The notes below the pieces were generated by a model. That model was not told where the DNA came from and searched no databases. It worked only from the letters and a program-made list of their open reading frames with translations. From Harriotta raleighana (Eukaryota), in contig JBNZDD010013549.1 of assembly GCA_050575255.1 (NCBI GenBank), forward strand, positions 739,283 to 803,282: DNA of 64,000 nucleotides, read 5' to 3'. The translations under genes and the position numbers were made by a program. Shown here one piece after another: positions 13,823 through 26,162 of the stretch. The stretch's first letter is position 1, and every line of letters begins with the position of its first letter.

Positions 13823-13933
13823 ATAAATAGAATAATAATCCTTGCACTTTGATATAGCTTTTTTCCACATCTTATCCACAAAGTGCTTCACAGAATATAT
13901 TGTAAAGAGAATCGACTGTATATTTGTGGGCGA
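13823..13933 (-). mobile_element. SINE 3' fragment
   Basis: aataataatccttgcac...gtgcttcacagaatatattgtaaag...tatttgtgggcg. Confidence 0.85.
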
Positions 13934-14894
13934 GGCACCTGGCCGTGAGTCTAGATAGCTTCGAGAAAACACTTTGAAACATATGCCCACTTAATCTATG
14001 TGTTGACGTCCCAAAGGAGTGTTGTTGCAAGCCAGCTCGGGCCACTGAGGCATTTTAAGCACACTCTACACCCTTTTGTGGATGTTCACTCTTCACTTGA
14101 ACCCACTTACTGCTGGTCCTTGTTTACACTATGGGGATGTTTGTATTTACCTACTGAGACATAAAGGGGTGTAAACTCAGAGCCCGGCCACCACCGAGAG
14201 GGCGAGAGAGTTACAGGAACACTTCTTAGGTCAGGGGTATGCACACACTGGCTGCTTTGTACCTGGTGTGACTTCATTGTAAACAAATGTGAAAATAAAA
14301 AGCTTTGCTCACTTGTGCTCGCTTGGAACAATACTTAATTGCCTGCACTGAACCCTTACGTGTTCGCATTAGCCCGTTGCACACGGGAGACCAGAAGGCT
14401 TTCGAAATGAACAGGTTTGAAATGCTTGTTCCGACCTGCTCCGATGATTATAGTCTTTGTTAGGTCGTTTTCAGCAACAAAGCTACAAAAGCTTCAAAAT
14501 GATTTGGTTGTTTCATATGTTGCCCTACCCATTTTGTTCCAACAAAAAAAGACTTCAAATGACACCAGGTGAACACTCGGGAAATGTTTGGCAGCAATTG
14601 TCAATATGACAGAGATTCCTCACGCAGATGTAGGATGCGGTTTTTATGCCAATGGATTATACTGGTCGATAACACATCCTCCAGCAAACACAAAAATACT
14701 TCACTGATGACAAGGATTCATGTTTCAACCAGTACAGTATTCCCTAAACAGGAAAGGTGGGTTAGTGAATAACCACTGCTTAACTCTTTCACCCACACAA
14801 ATCTCAGTCTTTGTGATCACATTTTTAATGTAATTTTAGTATAATTTTAGCAGTATAATTTTTGCTTGTGACGTGACGCCATTGAAATGACGGC

Positions 14895-15092
14895 CAGAGG
14901 CCTCAAAGCACTTCACAGGATTTACTTTAAAGTGCGGTGACTCGGTATTTTGAGGAGGTCAATTTTGCACACGACAATGTCCCACAAATAGCTCTCTTTT
15001 TGATTAGCCCCCTAACATCCAGCTAAACAGCCAGACTAGACCTCAGTTTTAATGTCTTATCTGAAAGACAGCATCTCTGACATTGCAGCATG
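14895..15092 (-). mobile_element. Ancient DeuSINE remnant (SacSINE1/AmnSINE1-like)
   Basis: caattttgcacac...tcccacaaatagc and cctcagttttaatgtcttatctgaaagacagcatctctgacattgcagca resemble the reverse-complemented Deu domain. Confidence 0.65.
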
Positions 15093-15176
15093 TGAAAATA
15101 CAGATATGTGGAAGTCCACATCGATACTAAGCAATCCTGGACTCTCAGCCCCCTCAATTCCTCACCCTCCAGGCAC

Positions 15177-15490
15177 AAACAACAACAGCAACAGAATTAC
15201 ATTTGAATAGCAAAACATCTCAAGGCGCTGGACAGTCAATGTTTCGGACCTGAGCTGAGGCGGGGATGGGGGAGGGTGGAGGGATGGGAGGAAAATAGGG
15301 GCGACCAATGGCACGGTTGAAGACGAAGGTCTTGAGGTGGGACTTGAAGAGGACTAGGGAGGGGGCGAGGAGGAGGGATTGCGGGATGGAATTCCAAACG
15401 TTGGGGGCAGAATGGCTGAAGGCTCATCCGCCGATGGAGGGGCAGGTGGGTTGTGGGGACATGGAGTGCAGGGAGCGGAGAGGTTGGTAG
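15177..15490 (-). mobile_element. L2 LINE 3' fragment
   Basis: (caa)n tail, aaggcgctggacagtcaa, gggatggaattccaaacgttgggggcagaatggctgaaggc. Confidence 0.88.
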
Positions 15491-15944
15491 GTTGATTAGG
15501 TGCTGTACCAAGTGCAAAGATTATTACTGGAGATTGCTTCACTACCCTCCAATAAGGTCCTCAAACAGATGCCACGAAGCTCGAAAGCGGTGGGGATTGA
15601 GCTCGTTTCTGATGGAGGGAGGGCTAATGGTCTGCTGTGTCTCATTCTGGCAACGATAGCTTCGCTGCTTCCCAGGGGTGAACGCGCAAGAGGGTGGTTT
15701 CTGATGAAACAGGGCAGCGTTCCCTGCCTGAGAAAACAGCGGAGGTTTCGGGCCGAGCTCTGTGAACATTCTGCCCAACTACCACATCGCACTCCCCTCC
15801 TAGAGCCCGCTTTACGTAAGTTAACAGAAGAGACGATGCAGATTTTTTTTTCAAATACCAATGAATCCACTCGGTCGAGATTCGGGATTCATCGTAAAAA
15901 TAGGAGATGTCACATGAATTTAACCCTGTTCAGTGCTGAGAGCC

Positions 15945-15945
15945 G

Positions 15946-15976
<31 letters not shown>

Positions 15977-15980
15977 AGAG
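15945..15980. repeat. (GA)n microsatellite
   Basis: Directly visible. Confidence 0.9.
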
Positions 15981-16921
15981 ATTACGGTGGGGGGGGTGTC
16001 AATGGGTAAATCATAGATTCCCAAAGGCTGTGACATTGACTCCAAGACCCCCAGAACGTCAAGCAATGAACAATTCTGTAGTCCAAGTTCTGCATGTAAA
16101 TGGGGGGATGTGGGGGTGGGGGGGGTCTGTCTGAAAGCTGAGGACCTGTTTCAGAAGATCTTGAATCCTCGAGTGTTGGTGATCACAGGCTCTGGTCAAA
16201 ACCGCTGCTCCGTGCGGCCTTGGCCAAGTGGGACGGAGCTGATGGCAAGAACTGAAACGATTCTGGATGTATTGTGGCTGTGCGGTATACATTAAAGAGG
16301 CTACATTTGGTGACGCGAATCGTTTCTTTTCCCTTTGCCTTACAATCAATGTGCCTATTTTGCATTCTCTTTCATCTTCAATAGCATCAACTTCAAGTCA
16401 GATCAACAATTGTGCAATTGTATGTTTGTGTGGAGAGGCCAGGCAGTTATCACGCCCACCATGGGTTTGTAGTGTTTGTATAACTGAGAGCGAGCCTCAC
16501 AGCTGTGATAACCTATTTTGTGGATGAAGCCTGGCCAACTAATAAACCTTCTAGCAATTACCGTTGCTATCATCGAGGCTGCACTGACCTTGAGCGTGAA
16601 AACAATGCGCTCTGTGCAATAATCATTAAGGTCCGTTCGTTCCCACACTGGGATTGCAGTCAGTTCCTGCACTTCATACACCAACAATCTGTATCCTTAA
16701 TGTCCCACCCAGACATTGCAGTTTAATGACAGGCAACATAAAACACCACAGCACAGCTGCAGGCATGTTGGCTGCTGTTACAGCTGTACAGCTGATCGTT
16801 TGTGAATTTTCACCAGTGCGAAAGATCAGGGCCACAGACAATTCCGTTCTCCTTCGCGCGCGCACGTAACAACGAGTGTCGAGGCATGATTTCGCCCGAC
16901 ACACAAATAGAAATAGAAAAG

Positions 16922-17025
16922 AAATGATTCTTGCATTTGATACAGCACTTTGCCCATCTTCTCGACGTCTCAAAGCGCTTCACAGATTATACTGTAAAGT
17001 GAATTGACTGTAGAATTGTGGGCGA
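16922..17025 (-). mobile_element. SINE 3' fragment
   Basis: cttgcatttgatacagcac...gacgtctcaaagcgcttcacag...gtgaattgactg. Confidence 0.85.
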
Positions 17026-17195
17026 CTACCTGAATTAATGATGAGTGAATTTCCGACATTTCATAAATCTCTTGCAATACAACGCCTGCAACTTGTGTCT
17101 AGATTCTTTCCATCACGAAGGGTAGAATCCTATTCCTGCCTTTATAAAGCTTTGTGATGGCTTCCACGAGTCCCAGCACACGTCGGAGCCGTAGT

Positions 17196-17488
17196 GGAGT
17201 CCGTACCTCAGTGGTTAGAGCGCTTGCAAGCAAGAGACCCGGGTTCAATTCCAGGCAGAGCAAAACCTTGAGCAAGTTTCCTTCCTCTACACACCTAATG
17301 ATAATCCCTCAAATAAAAAACAATAATAATTTGGTCGCTTCGATCCACGACTGTTTGTGGGGACGCTGCTGTGCGCAACTGGCTGCCGCCTTTCGCCCAC
17401 GAATATTCAGTCAATTTACTCTACAGTATATTCTGTGAAGCGCTTTAAGACGCCTAGAAGACGATCTCAAATGCAAGGATTATTATAT
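17196..17488 (+). mobile_element. Full-length SINE
   Basis: ggagtccgtacctcagtggttagagcg head, Deu core, caaatgcaaggattatt tail. Confidence 0.9.
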
Positions 17489-17494
17489 GATACT

Positions 17495-17720
17495 GTAGAA
17501 AGTTTACAGCACAGAGCGAGGCCATTCAGCCCATATTGTTGAGTGGACTCTTTCTGGTTACAATCTGATCTAAACCAATTTCCCCTGCTCTTTGCCCATA
17601 ATCTTAAACGCTTTCCTTCGGTACTTAACCAACTCCCTTTCAGTGCTGTGCTTCAGCAGCCATTTGCAGCAAACCTTTCACATCCCCCCACAAACCTCTG
17701 ACTAAAATGAATTCCAGCCG
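17495..17720 (-). mobile_element. CR1 3' fragment
   Basis: tagaaagtttacagcacagagcgaggccattcagccca is the reverse complement of a shark CR1-type terminus. Confidence 0.65.
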
Positions 17721-18784
17721 TTTCACTTATCATATAATGAACTACTGTATTGTATGCAGAACTCGTATAGCTGCTGCTTGCTTTGTGGGGCCTTGGGGTT
17801 GTCCGACTTTGACATGGAATAAATCCAAGCGAAAAATCAGCGTTGCTCCGAGGGCAATTTGCAATCTCCTTCTCTGTGGAGCGAGCGTGTAAGCACAGGG
17901 CTATTGTAAGAATGCTCCCAAGGACGTGGGGAGGGGGGGGATAGAGGTCAGTTTAAAACGTCATTCACAGAACAGATTATGTGCAAACATAAGAAGGTTT
18001 GTCATGGATCCTTTAAACCCTGAACAGTGGAGGGGTAAGTCAGAGAAGGATGTCAAACTACTGTATAAAGTCCGAGAGCTGCCCAGATGCGTCTCCAGCT
18101 GTTGCGCAAACGCAATCTCAATCCTGGCTTCAGTTCTGTGTGGATATAGGAGAACACCTGGCTGGTGGTTTGAATAAAAGCAGAGTTTGAATGGAGTCGG
18201 TGTAAAGTTTCAGTGGGTCGGTGTGAGGCCGGGTTCTCGTACACTTTGAAATCCTTCCACGAGTCACGTCGTATTGCACACCATCATTTCATAAAGATGC
18301 TGCAGAAGCCTTTACATACATTGTTAAATATCTGCTGGGATTAATTTGGCTCAACCATCTCAACGTCAGCTGAATCATTCATGAGCATCGTGAAACAAAA
18401 GCCTAATGGGAGGAAATGTGCTGCAGTAGTGTTTCAACTGCAAAACAGAAACGCAAGACATAATGATGAATGTCAAGCATGGTATTTTCTTCCTCAAATC
18501 TATTGTCTTCTTGTTGAAATCTGCCCCACACTTCCCAAGTAATTTGGCAAGAGAACACATCTCACTAAGTGGTTGGTGTTTAATTAGATGGAGACGTAAA
18601 ACTAGGCCACAATGGTTTGGAATGAGCCTTAACATTTAAACAAAATCGTTGGGATTTATTTACTGCAGTTGCCCCAGTCTCTTTGGGATTCATAACTAAT
18701 GAATTTTGGTCGCGTGAACCAAACAGAAAAATTATTAATGCTTGCAACCTTGAATTTTAGTATAAAAACCTGAGCATGTCAACA

Positions 18785-19025
18785 ATACACCTCAAATTCA
18801 CTGTAAAGTGTAGTGACTGTGAGTTAGTGTGGACACGCCGGCAGTGAATTTGCGCTCAGGTTTCATCTGGAGGAATGTTGGTGAATCCTGCAGAGATCAA
18901 ACTCCTGTTTTTCTTGTTGAATGGTGTCAAAGGATCTTAAACACCCATCCAAACAGGCAGATGGTTTCATACCTGATGAAGGTTCTGACAATACAGAGCT
19001 ACATTGGTGTGGCAATGGAGAAGCT
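18785..19025 (-). mobile_element. Ancient DeuSINE remnant
   Basis: aagtgtagtgactgt...aatttgcgc...actcctgttttt...ggatcttaaacacccatccaaacaggcagatgg. Confidence 0.5.
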
Positions 19026-21084
19026 CACTTAAATAGACGATGAAAACATCACCAATGCTGTTTGCGGATTAATATATCGCTCAGGAATTCTCTAACCTTA
19101 TCCATTTGCCAAGGATTTCCAACGACGATGGAAACAACATTAACGTTCTCACATGCACATTCCACTATCAGGCATCGATGCGATGTACTCTGTGCAGGAT
19201 ATACAAGACGCTAGCCAAATGCCTATCACACTGAACTTGAAGGATACAGAATGCACACAGACAGTAAACAAATGTCAATTATCGCTCAGTAAGAGCAGAG
19301 AGCTCCAGTCACCACCAGTCGTTCTTCAATGTCGATGGCTTGAAATATTTTCTGCAATGCAGTTCAGCCCATTGTCTGCTAATGATTCCAACTCCGAGCA
19401 GAAATAAGCAAACAAAATGAATCACACTCTCTCCCCATGATAACACTTGGGATTGTGTTGAAAGCCTATTCATCTCGAGATCAGATAATGGCTGCGAATT
19501 GATTGAATCCCTCAGAAGCAATACTGCATTTGAATCATTTCCGAGATGGACATTATTTTCAATGTACAGGAATAACTTGGTGCAATTTGTATCGTAATCC
19601 TTACCAGCCTCAGATAGCGCTCGCCTCACTCTAGATATTCTATGTAGTACCGATTTTTAAAAAAAAATCCACAGTTCTTTGAGTGTGTTGATTGATGTGA
19701 TTCGGGCCTTGGATTCATGGAATTAATGTGAAAGCACTGAGAGAGTGCATTGCGTGTGTTAGGTAGGTACAGAACAAAGACACTAGATATTCTGCATGCC
19801 TGCTCACAGCAGGTCCTCAATGTCCTTTCAGTCAAAGGGAAATTCCAACTGTTTAATCAAAATATCCTTGTGATTGATTGCCACTCACCAACCACAGATT
19901 TTGAAGTAAAACCTTTTTTCTTTTAAAAAAAAACTTTTTGGAGGTTATTTAACAAGAACAAAATGTGAAATGGTGAAAAATAGAGACAAAGAACAGATGT
20001 ACTTCTTTCATTTCCTTGCCTCGTTGTCGGGTTAAATGAAGTGAACGAGGCAGCCGTCAATTTTTAATGTGTTTGCAAGAGGGGAACGAGGGAAATCCTC
20101 TTCTTGGGTACGGTTTACTGATGAATGATGATTCGTTACTGTTAAAAAAAAAATTACAGTGTGATTAATCAAAAAATATCCACATTCCAGAAAAGAGCAG
20201 CTGTTGTTTTTATGGGTGGGATGAGACCTATTTTCTATTTAAAATATCACGGGACCTTTACTGTATATTGGGATACATTCCTATCTTACCGAAAGGAAGA
20301 TAAACTTAGGCTCAATCGTGGTAGTCACAAGATCACAGAAGGTATGGAGGAAGAAGATCCTTCCCCAACTTTTATCCAATTGCTTCTGAATTTTGAGGGT
20401 CCTGATGGTTTGTTAGAGAATCTGGCTTCTCAGCAATTGCACATAATGTTTCTGGGTCCTTTGTCTTGTATTCCCTTCAACGAGGAACCACAGATCCTCC
20501 AAAACACCAAGGCAATGTTAGACAGGTAAGATACCTGGAATTGCTAGAGAGTAGACTTTTTCCCCCCCCAATAGAGAGAGGACGTTTTTCAAGAAAGGAA
20601 GTAAATTCAAAGTACTCCTGCCTGCAAACAATGGCTCCTTTGATTATCCCATCCCCTTGCGAGGTATTGGAGCTCTCAAGTTTTTTCCCCAAATTAAACC
20701 AAAGTGATGGAGTAAGACCCCCGGTAGATAAATCAGCGTCTGAGAAAGAGAAAATAAATTGAACATATTGGTCTTGACATTCTTCATAAAGTCCCTTTTC
20801 CGTTTACCAGTTATGCAGGAAGTTAGTCCAATTCCTCATCTGCTTAATATATTCAACACGCCAATGTTTAATATGCAAGACATTGAGAATTTAAACATAT
20901 TTGTTTTGTATTTCTGATTATTCCTATATTCGTTTGCTAACACAACATGCATTTCCTTCCTTCACATAAAAAAACCTACTGAGATAAATGTTAAACACGT
21001 GTCAGACAAATCATGGATTTATAGATCTGTTTTGACTGCCTACTGTTTTTAATGGGAAGCTAGTTGTTTGTACTAGAGTTTCAG

Positions 21085-21613
21085 GCCCATTGACTTGACC
21101 CTGCGACCACATCAATCCCACCCNGACCACATCAATCCCACCCTCGCCCGTCTCCACTGGCTCCCCATCCCCCAGAGGATCAAATTCAAGATCCTCATCC
21201 TCACTTTCACTTTCAAAGCCATTCACAGCCTTGCCCCCACTTATCTCTCTGACTTGCTGTCTCCCTATCAGCCTGCCGCCCCCTCCGCTCAGCAGACTCA
21301 GGTCGCATCCACCGCCCCAACCGCCTAACCATCGCTGGCCGGGCTTTCAGCCTCTCTGCCCCCACACTCTGGAACTCCATCCCCCAGTCCCTTCGCCTCA
21401 CTTCCTCCCTTTCCTCTTTCAAGGCCGGTCTCAAGACCTTCCTCTTCGACCATGCCTTCGGCTCCCCTCCTAACTCTTCCCCCTCTTCTACTCTCCTTCC
21501 CCTTCCCCGACCCTCCCCCCACCTCCAGCTCGGATCCCAACCTGATTGTTCAACGCCTTGGGACGACCTCCCACTGTGAAAGGCTCTCTATGAATGTAAT
21601 GTTGTTGTTGTTG
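21085..21613 (+). mobile_element. L2 LINE 3' fragment (end of RT ORF plus 3'UTR, (GTT)n tail)
   Basis: Translates to DHINPTLARLHWLPIPQRIKFKILIL..FKAIHSLAPTYLSDLLSPY, the diagnostic L2 ORF2 C-terminus; frameshifted. Confidence 0.93.
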
Positions 21614-21694
21614 ACTATAGCAGTGCCATTAGTTTCCTCCATCTTTAAAAACCCTTTTTACTCTCTGCCCCTGGTTTCCTGTCCAAATAAAATT

Positions 21695-22245
21695 GGTCAT
21701 TGAAAATTTATTTTGTGCTGTTTTGGGACATTCCTGTGCGAAAAATTGGCTAGTGCAGGATTCAGCCACAAACTACATCGTTTACAGTGAATCCTGTGAA
21801 ATACTTTGACATGAAAGAGGCTCTACATCAAATGTAAAGATTATTTCTGAATTTTGATATAAATAAATCTGTATATTTTCTTCCATTCTACAATATCCGA
21901 AGAAAAATATAGGACGTCAGAATTAACATATCAAATGCAACATTTCTCATGTCTCTGTGTGCAATAGTCACATCAAAATATATCAGTCACCTGGTTGTTT
22001 AATTACCAACACTCTCCTTCCCCAGAAAAGGTACATATTAAATAGCCTTAGGAATGCTACAATGTGGATCCTTCCAAATTTTGTGTACTTCATTTGGCTA
22101 CAAAAGACAGTCACTACATTTCACAGCATTCGCCTACAAAAAAAATCATTCATTAGACTTCACGGGACATATTGCGAAATGCTTTGAGACATCCAGTCTC
22201 AAAAGTGTCCTTGTAGAAAAAGACAAGTATTATTATTATGTTGTG
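21695..22245 (+). mobile_element. Two degenerate Deu-SINE 3' fragments (about 21695-21845 and 22060-22245)
   Basis: tgggacattcctgtgcgaaaaattggct; aatgctttgagacatcc...caagtattattatt. Confidence 0.5.
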
Positions 22246-23774
22246 TTAAAATAAATAGATCACTCTGCTACCCGAGTGCTCCTCATTGATTTCATGCTTC
22301 GAAATCTTGAAAATTGGCTTTGAAATGACTCAAACTCAGAAATAGACAACAGCATCATCATGGCTGCCTGAGAAAAACTAGAGCAAAATTCCTCCGATCC
22401 AACTCCTCTTCATGTCTGATTGCAAAAATAGGAGCTACAAAACAGCCAATCTTTACCAAGTGACTAATGAAACATAAAACACAATGTGTACATTAAGATC
22501 TGGATGTGATATTTATTTATACCATACCAGGGAAACTAGATGAATAATGCACAAGCATTTGTGATCTTGAGCTGCGCTGAAGGTAATACAGTAGATAGGG
22601 GGCCCTATTAAATCTCATTTTCTGCTAGCTGTGTCATGCTTGTTGTTCAAAGCAAGCTCTAATTTGTGCAATTGCCACTAGAAATATCACCACTGAATCA
22701 CACCACAATAATCATGTACAATCTTAAGTTTAGACACTATTTCCTCCAAAGGGCGGAGTACAGTACATCATTTCAAATAAATAAAGGCTGGCTTTGAAAT
22801 GAATGCAGATGGATGGTGAGTGAGTCATGTCAGTGTGCTAATGTGCTGTGACGCACTTTGTTAGGACACAGGTTGAACTCTGTCACGTTTCCACTTCCAG
22901 CTTATTGCTGGTGATTACCGATGGAAAGGTTTGCAGAACTGAACAGCTGATCTGCCTATAGATAAGAACATTACACTAAAGGCCGCTTGTTAATATCCAT
23001 TTAGTGTCAAGAAAATGACAGAATGCCATGTAGAAAATTGGAAGGAAAAAGTTATTTGGGATTTTTAAAAAAAATTGTGGGCGGATGGAGGTGTTGGGGG
23101 AGCCATTGACTCAAATCACAAAGTAAAGAAGGAGTCAAGATTGTGATCGGTGTCAGTACTTTTTGTCGGGGCAGAATTAAGAAAGATTTACTAATACGGG
23201 ACAGGTCAGACTTTGCAATAAAATTCTCAGATTATTATAGGCCTGTTTGTGGCATTGCTTCTGCAGATCAGCTGCTACATTTACCTGCATCACAATCGCT
23301 TCGCACCTTACTCAGAAATACAAGGGTTGTTACAGTACAGAAACAGACCATTTGGTCCAACTAGCCCAAGCTAGTAGAAATGACTCATATTGGAAAGGAT
23401 AGCTATGAATATCAGTGGAGGGGAAGGGCCTGGATCACGTATTACTGTGATGTCCTCCATGGTTACATATCACAAGATCAGTTTGGATTAAGGAGATTCT
23501 TTGGTCCATTTGATCTCGTCCTTTCCTGCCAACGGTGCCTCGCTCACACATGATGAATGCTCACTTAATCAAGGAAACAAAACAGTTGCCAGCATACAGC
23601 ATAATGCAGCACAAATCAGACAGCACAGAGAGGAAAATAAGCACATAACAGAATGAAGTACATCAACATAAGCCCTTGAGAAAAACATGGTAGAGAGGCG
23701 AACTCTAGAATAATTGGCACGACAACATTAGATTAGCAGTAATTAGATCAAGAGTTATTCATAAATGATTCGAG

Positions 23775-23836
23775 ACGCTACCCAACATGGAGGGCACTAA
23801 ATAAATGCAAGTTGTTGTTGTTGTTGTTGTTGTTGA
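23775..23836 (+). repeat. L2-type tail ending in a (GTT)n microsatellite
   Basis: catggagggcactaaataaatgcaagttgttgttg... Confidence 0.7.
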
Positions 23837-25567
23837 TTAAATACAAATGCCTGTATCTGTAAAAATGATTCAACAGGTGGCAATCCAATTAAATGGTTCT
23901 AGCCGGAAATGGTGGAAGAAAAGTGTGTGATGAGAGCTGAGTTGAGACGGGTTCCCCCAATACAGTAAATGACTAAAATTCGCATCATTTCTGGTCCGCA
24001 AGGTTTGAGCTGCCCGCCCCTCATCCAGTGAAGGCATGTCACTCTGCAACAGAAACCCCACCGTGCACACGGATTCACCTCTAGCTTTGAAGATCTGTTC
24101 TAACGAGAAACAAATGCCAACAAACAATCCTCCACCATCGATTCCTGACATCAATGAAATCACTTTCACTGATCTGCGATCACCTTCGCTGATCTTCACT
24201 CGTTTGCTTTTCAGGCATATACGCTCTCCAAAATGGTGGGACCTGTCTTGGCAGCGTCTTGACAAGCAGTTCATTCATCTTAGTTTGGTGAGAAATAAAT
24301 GGTGGTTTTGATAAGACTGTATATCTCCGGTGATCAAATCATAAAAACCATCAAAGCCACTTTTAAGAATTCTAAATGATCAGCTGGGATCCCATTGCTA
24401 TCAATAGTGTGCTACATACTGTAAACGTAAGCTCTTGTTTTTGTTAGACAGTAGTTAGAGCAGGAGTAAGGGAAATAAATGTTGCAGAATTTGCAATTCA
24501 TGAGAAGATTTTTNCTGGGATCCCATTGCTATCAATAGTGTGCTACATACTGTAAACGTAAGCTGTTGTTTTTGTTAGACAGTAGTTAGAGCAGGAGTAA
24601 GGGAAATAAATGTTGCAGAATTTGCAATTCATGAGAGAAGATTTAAAAAAAATGTTATAATGCAAATCACAATGGGTATTTAGTGGCAAGAATCACATCA
24701 TAGGAACTAGATAAAGTGTCAGTCACAGGAATGCCAGTCTTCTAGGCCATTTCTCTCCGACACTTAATGCATCAATCATTATAGGTACACATACTTCCAG
24801 GTAAAATCGTGAAAAAAATTTCTTCTGAAGATGTAAGATGGATCAATATAAAAGTGCACAAAAGAAATCAGAGAAACATGTCCTAATTGACTTGGTGAAC
24901 GACCTTATTGTTTTATCTGTTAACGTGGTGAGGAAGTCAACCCACAACCATATGATTCAGGGGCGCAAATGTCACCAATTCAAGCTGGTAGACATGAGAT
25001 GTTATAGTTCACTCGTCCTCTATTGTCTGGAAGACAACAATTCTTTGAACAACAAGCAGTACAAATAAAATAGTATATTGGCAAGTAAGAAACGTTCATC
25101 TTCCAAGGAATGTGACCTTTCCAGAAATGACTTGAAGAAGACATTGTTACACGTGGTTATTAATGATTTAGAAGCTACCGTTAAACATAAATCAGAATCA
25201 TCCAAGGTGACTGTGTAATCTGAGCATGAATCAAATATCTCACAACTTGCAAAATAACTACTGGTGCAACCAAGATGAATTGCCACATCAACGAAAAGAA
25301 TAATAAATAGATTTATCAGCCCAGACGGAAAGCGGGATTTATAGCAAAGGAACTCATCGCTTTGTGGGGGTTATAAAAATAAAAGATTTTCTTCCTATTC
25401 ATCTTTTATACGTTTCTCAATTGCAAATGCTTGGCCAAAAAAAAACCTCAAGGCAGAGTTGAAAACTTCACAAATCCATAACAAAATTTGTCAGAGCAGT
25501 GTATCGGGGTGTTATTTGAGATTCCCAGTAAAATCAGCGTGCTGAAAACTTCATCACTGATAACAGT

Positions 25568-25632
25568 GATAGATAGAGAGACAGAGACAGAGAGACAGAG
25601 ACAGAGAGGGAGAAAGAGAGAGACAGACAGAC
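25568..25632. repeat. (GA)/(GACA)n microsatellite
   Basis: Directly visible. Confidence 0.85.
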
Positions 25633-26045
25633 TGATGTCCCCTCTACCTTGTCCCATCCCTCCCCAACATAAAGACTCCCCATTTCCCCCAAGCTTTTGG
25701 TCATTTTTGCTCCTCTCCTTCTTGACTTTACTCAGCTCCACCGAGACTCGGACGGCCGGTCAGTTGTATGCAGTGCTTTGAAATGTCCTCCTTCCATAAA
25801 ACTTGCCACCACAGTTGCTTCTTCTCCGCTTTGTTCTGTTGTACGTGAATCTTCCATCCTCGTCTTGCTTATCCTAGAGTTGTTATTCAATGCTTTCCTG
25901 GGATTTGAATTCTCTTTATGTTTGGGCCAGTTCTGTTGGGTGGAGGCGAAGTCAAGCCTTTTGGAATAAACGAGGGTGAACTGTTGAAATACTTCAACAA
26001 CGCATTTCGGGCTCCATCCCCTCTAGGGCAAATACCAATGTCGAT

Positions 26046-26162
26046 ACTCACCATCTAGGCTGGATGAGAGGAGGCATCTGTGCTTCTATATACCAGAAAG
26101 TGTTGGTGGCTCTGCGCCATCAATGATTCTCCATTCATTTTCCTCCTTCCATTCTGACGTCA
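26046..26162 (-). promoter_or_regulatory. Candidate promoter: palindromic CRE TGACGTCA (26155-26162), TATATAGAAG (from 26092) and ATG|gtgagt donor (26052-26054 / 26046-26051)
   Basis: Motifs read directly with canonical relative spacing; no transcript evidence. Confidence 0.4.

Noticed and set aside
15500-16009. 169-aa plus ORF
   Set aside because: Non-ATG start, runs through a (GA)n microsatellite, no domain signature.
24384-24645. Apparent tandem duplications or array-like repeats (also at 8.7, 45.7, 47.2, 59.7 and 63.0 kb)
   Set aside because: Each is centred on a single N, consistent with unmerged contig overlap. They are not CRISPR-like and not biological tandem repeats.
25020-25286. 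88-aa minus ORF just downstream of the 26 kb candidate gene
   Set aside because: GTG start, no convincing splice-site pair and no recognisable homology; compatible with chance.
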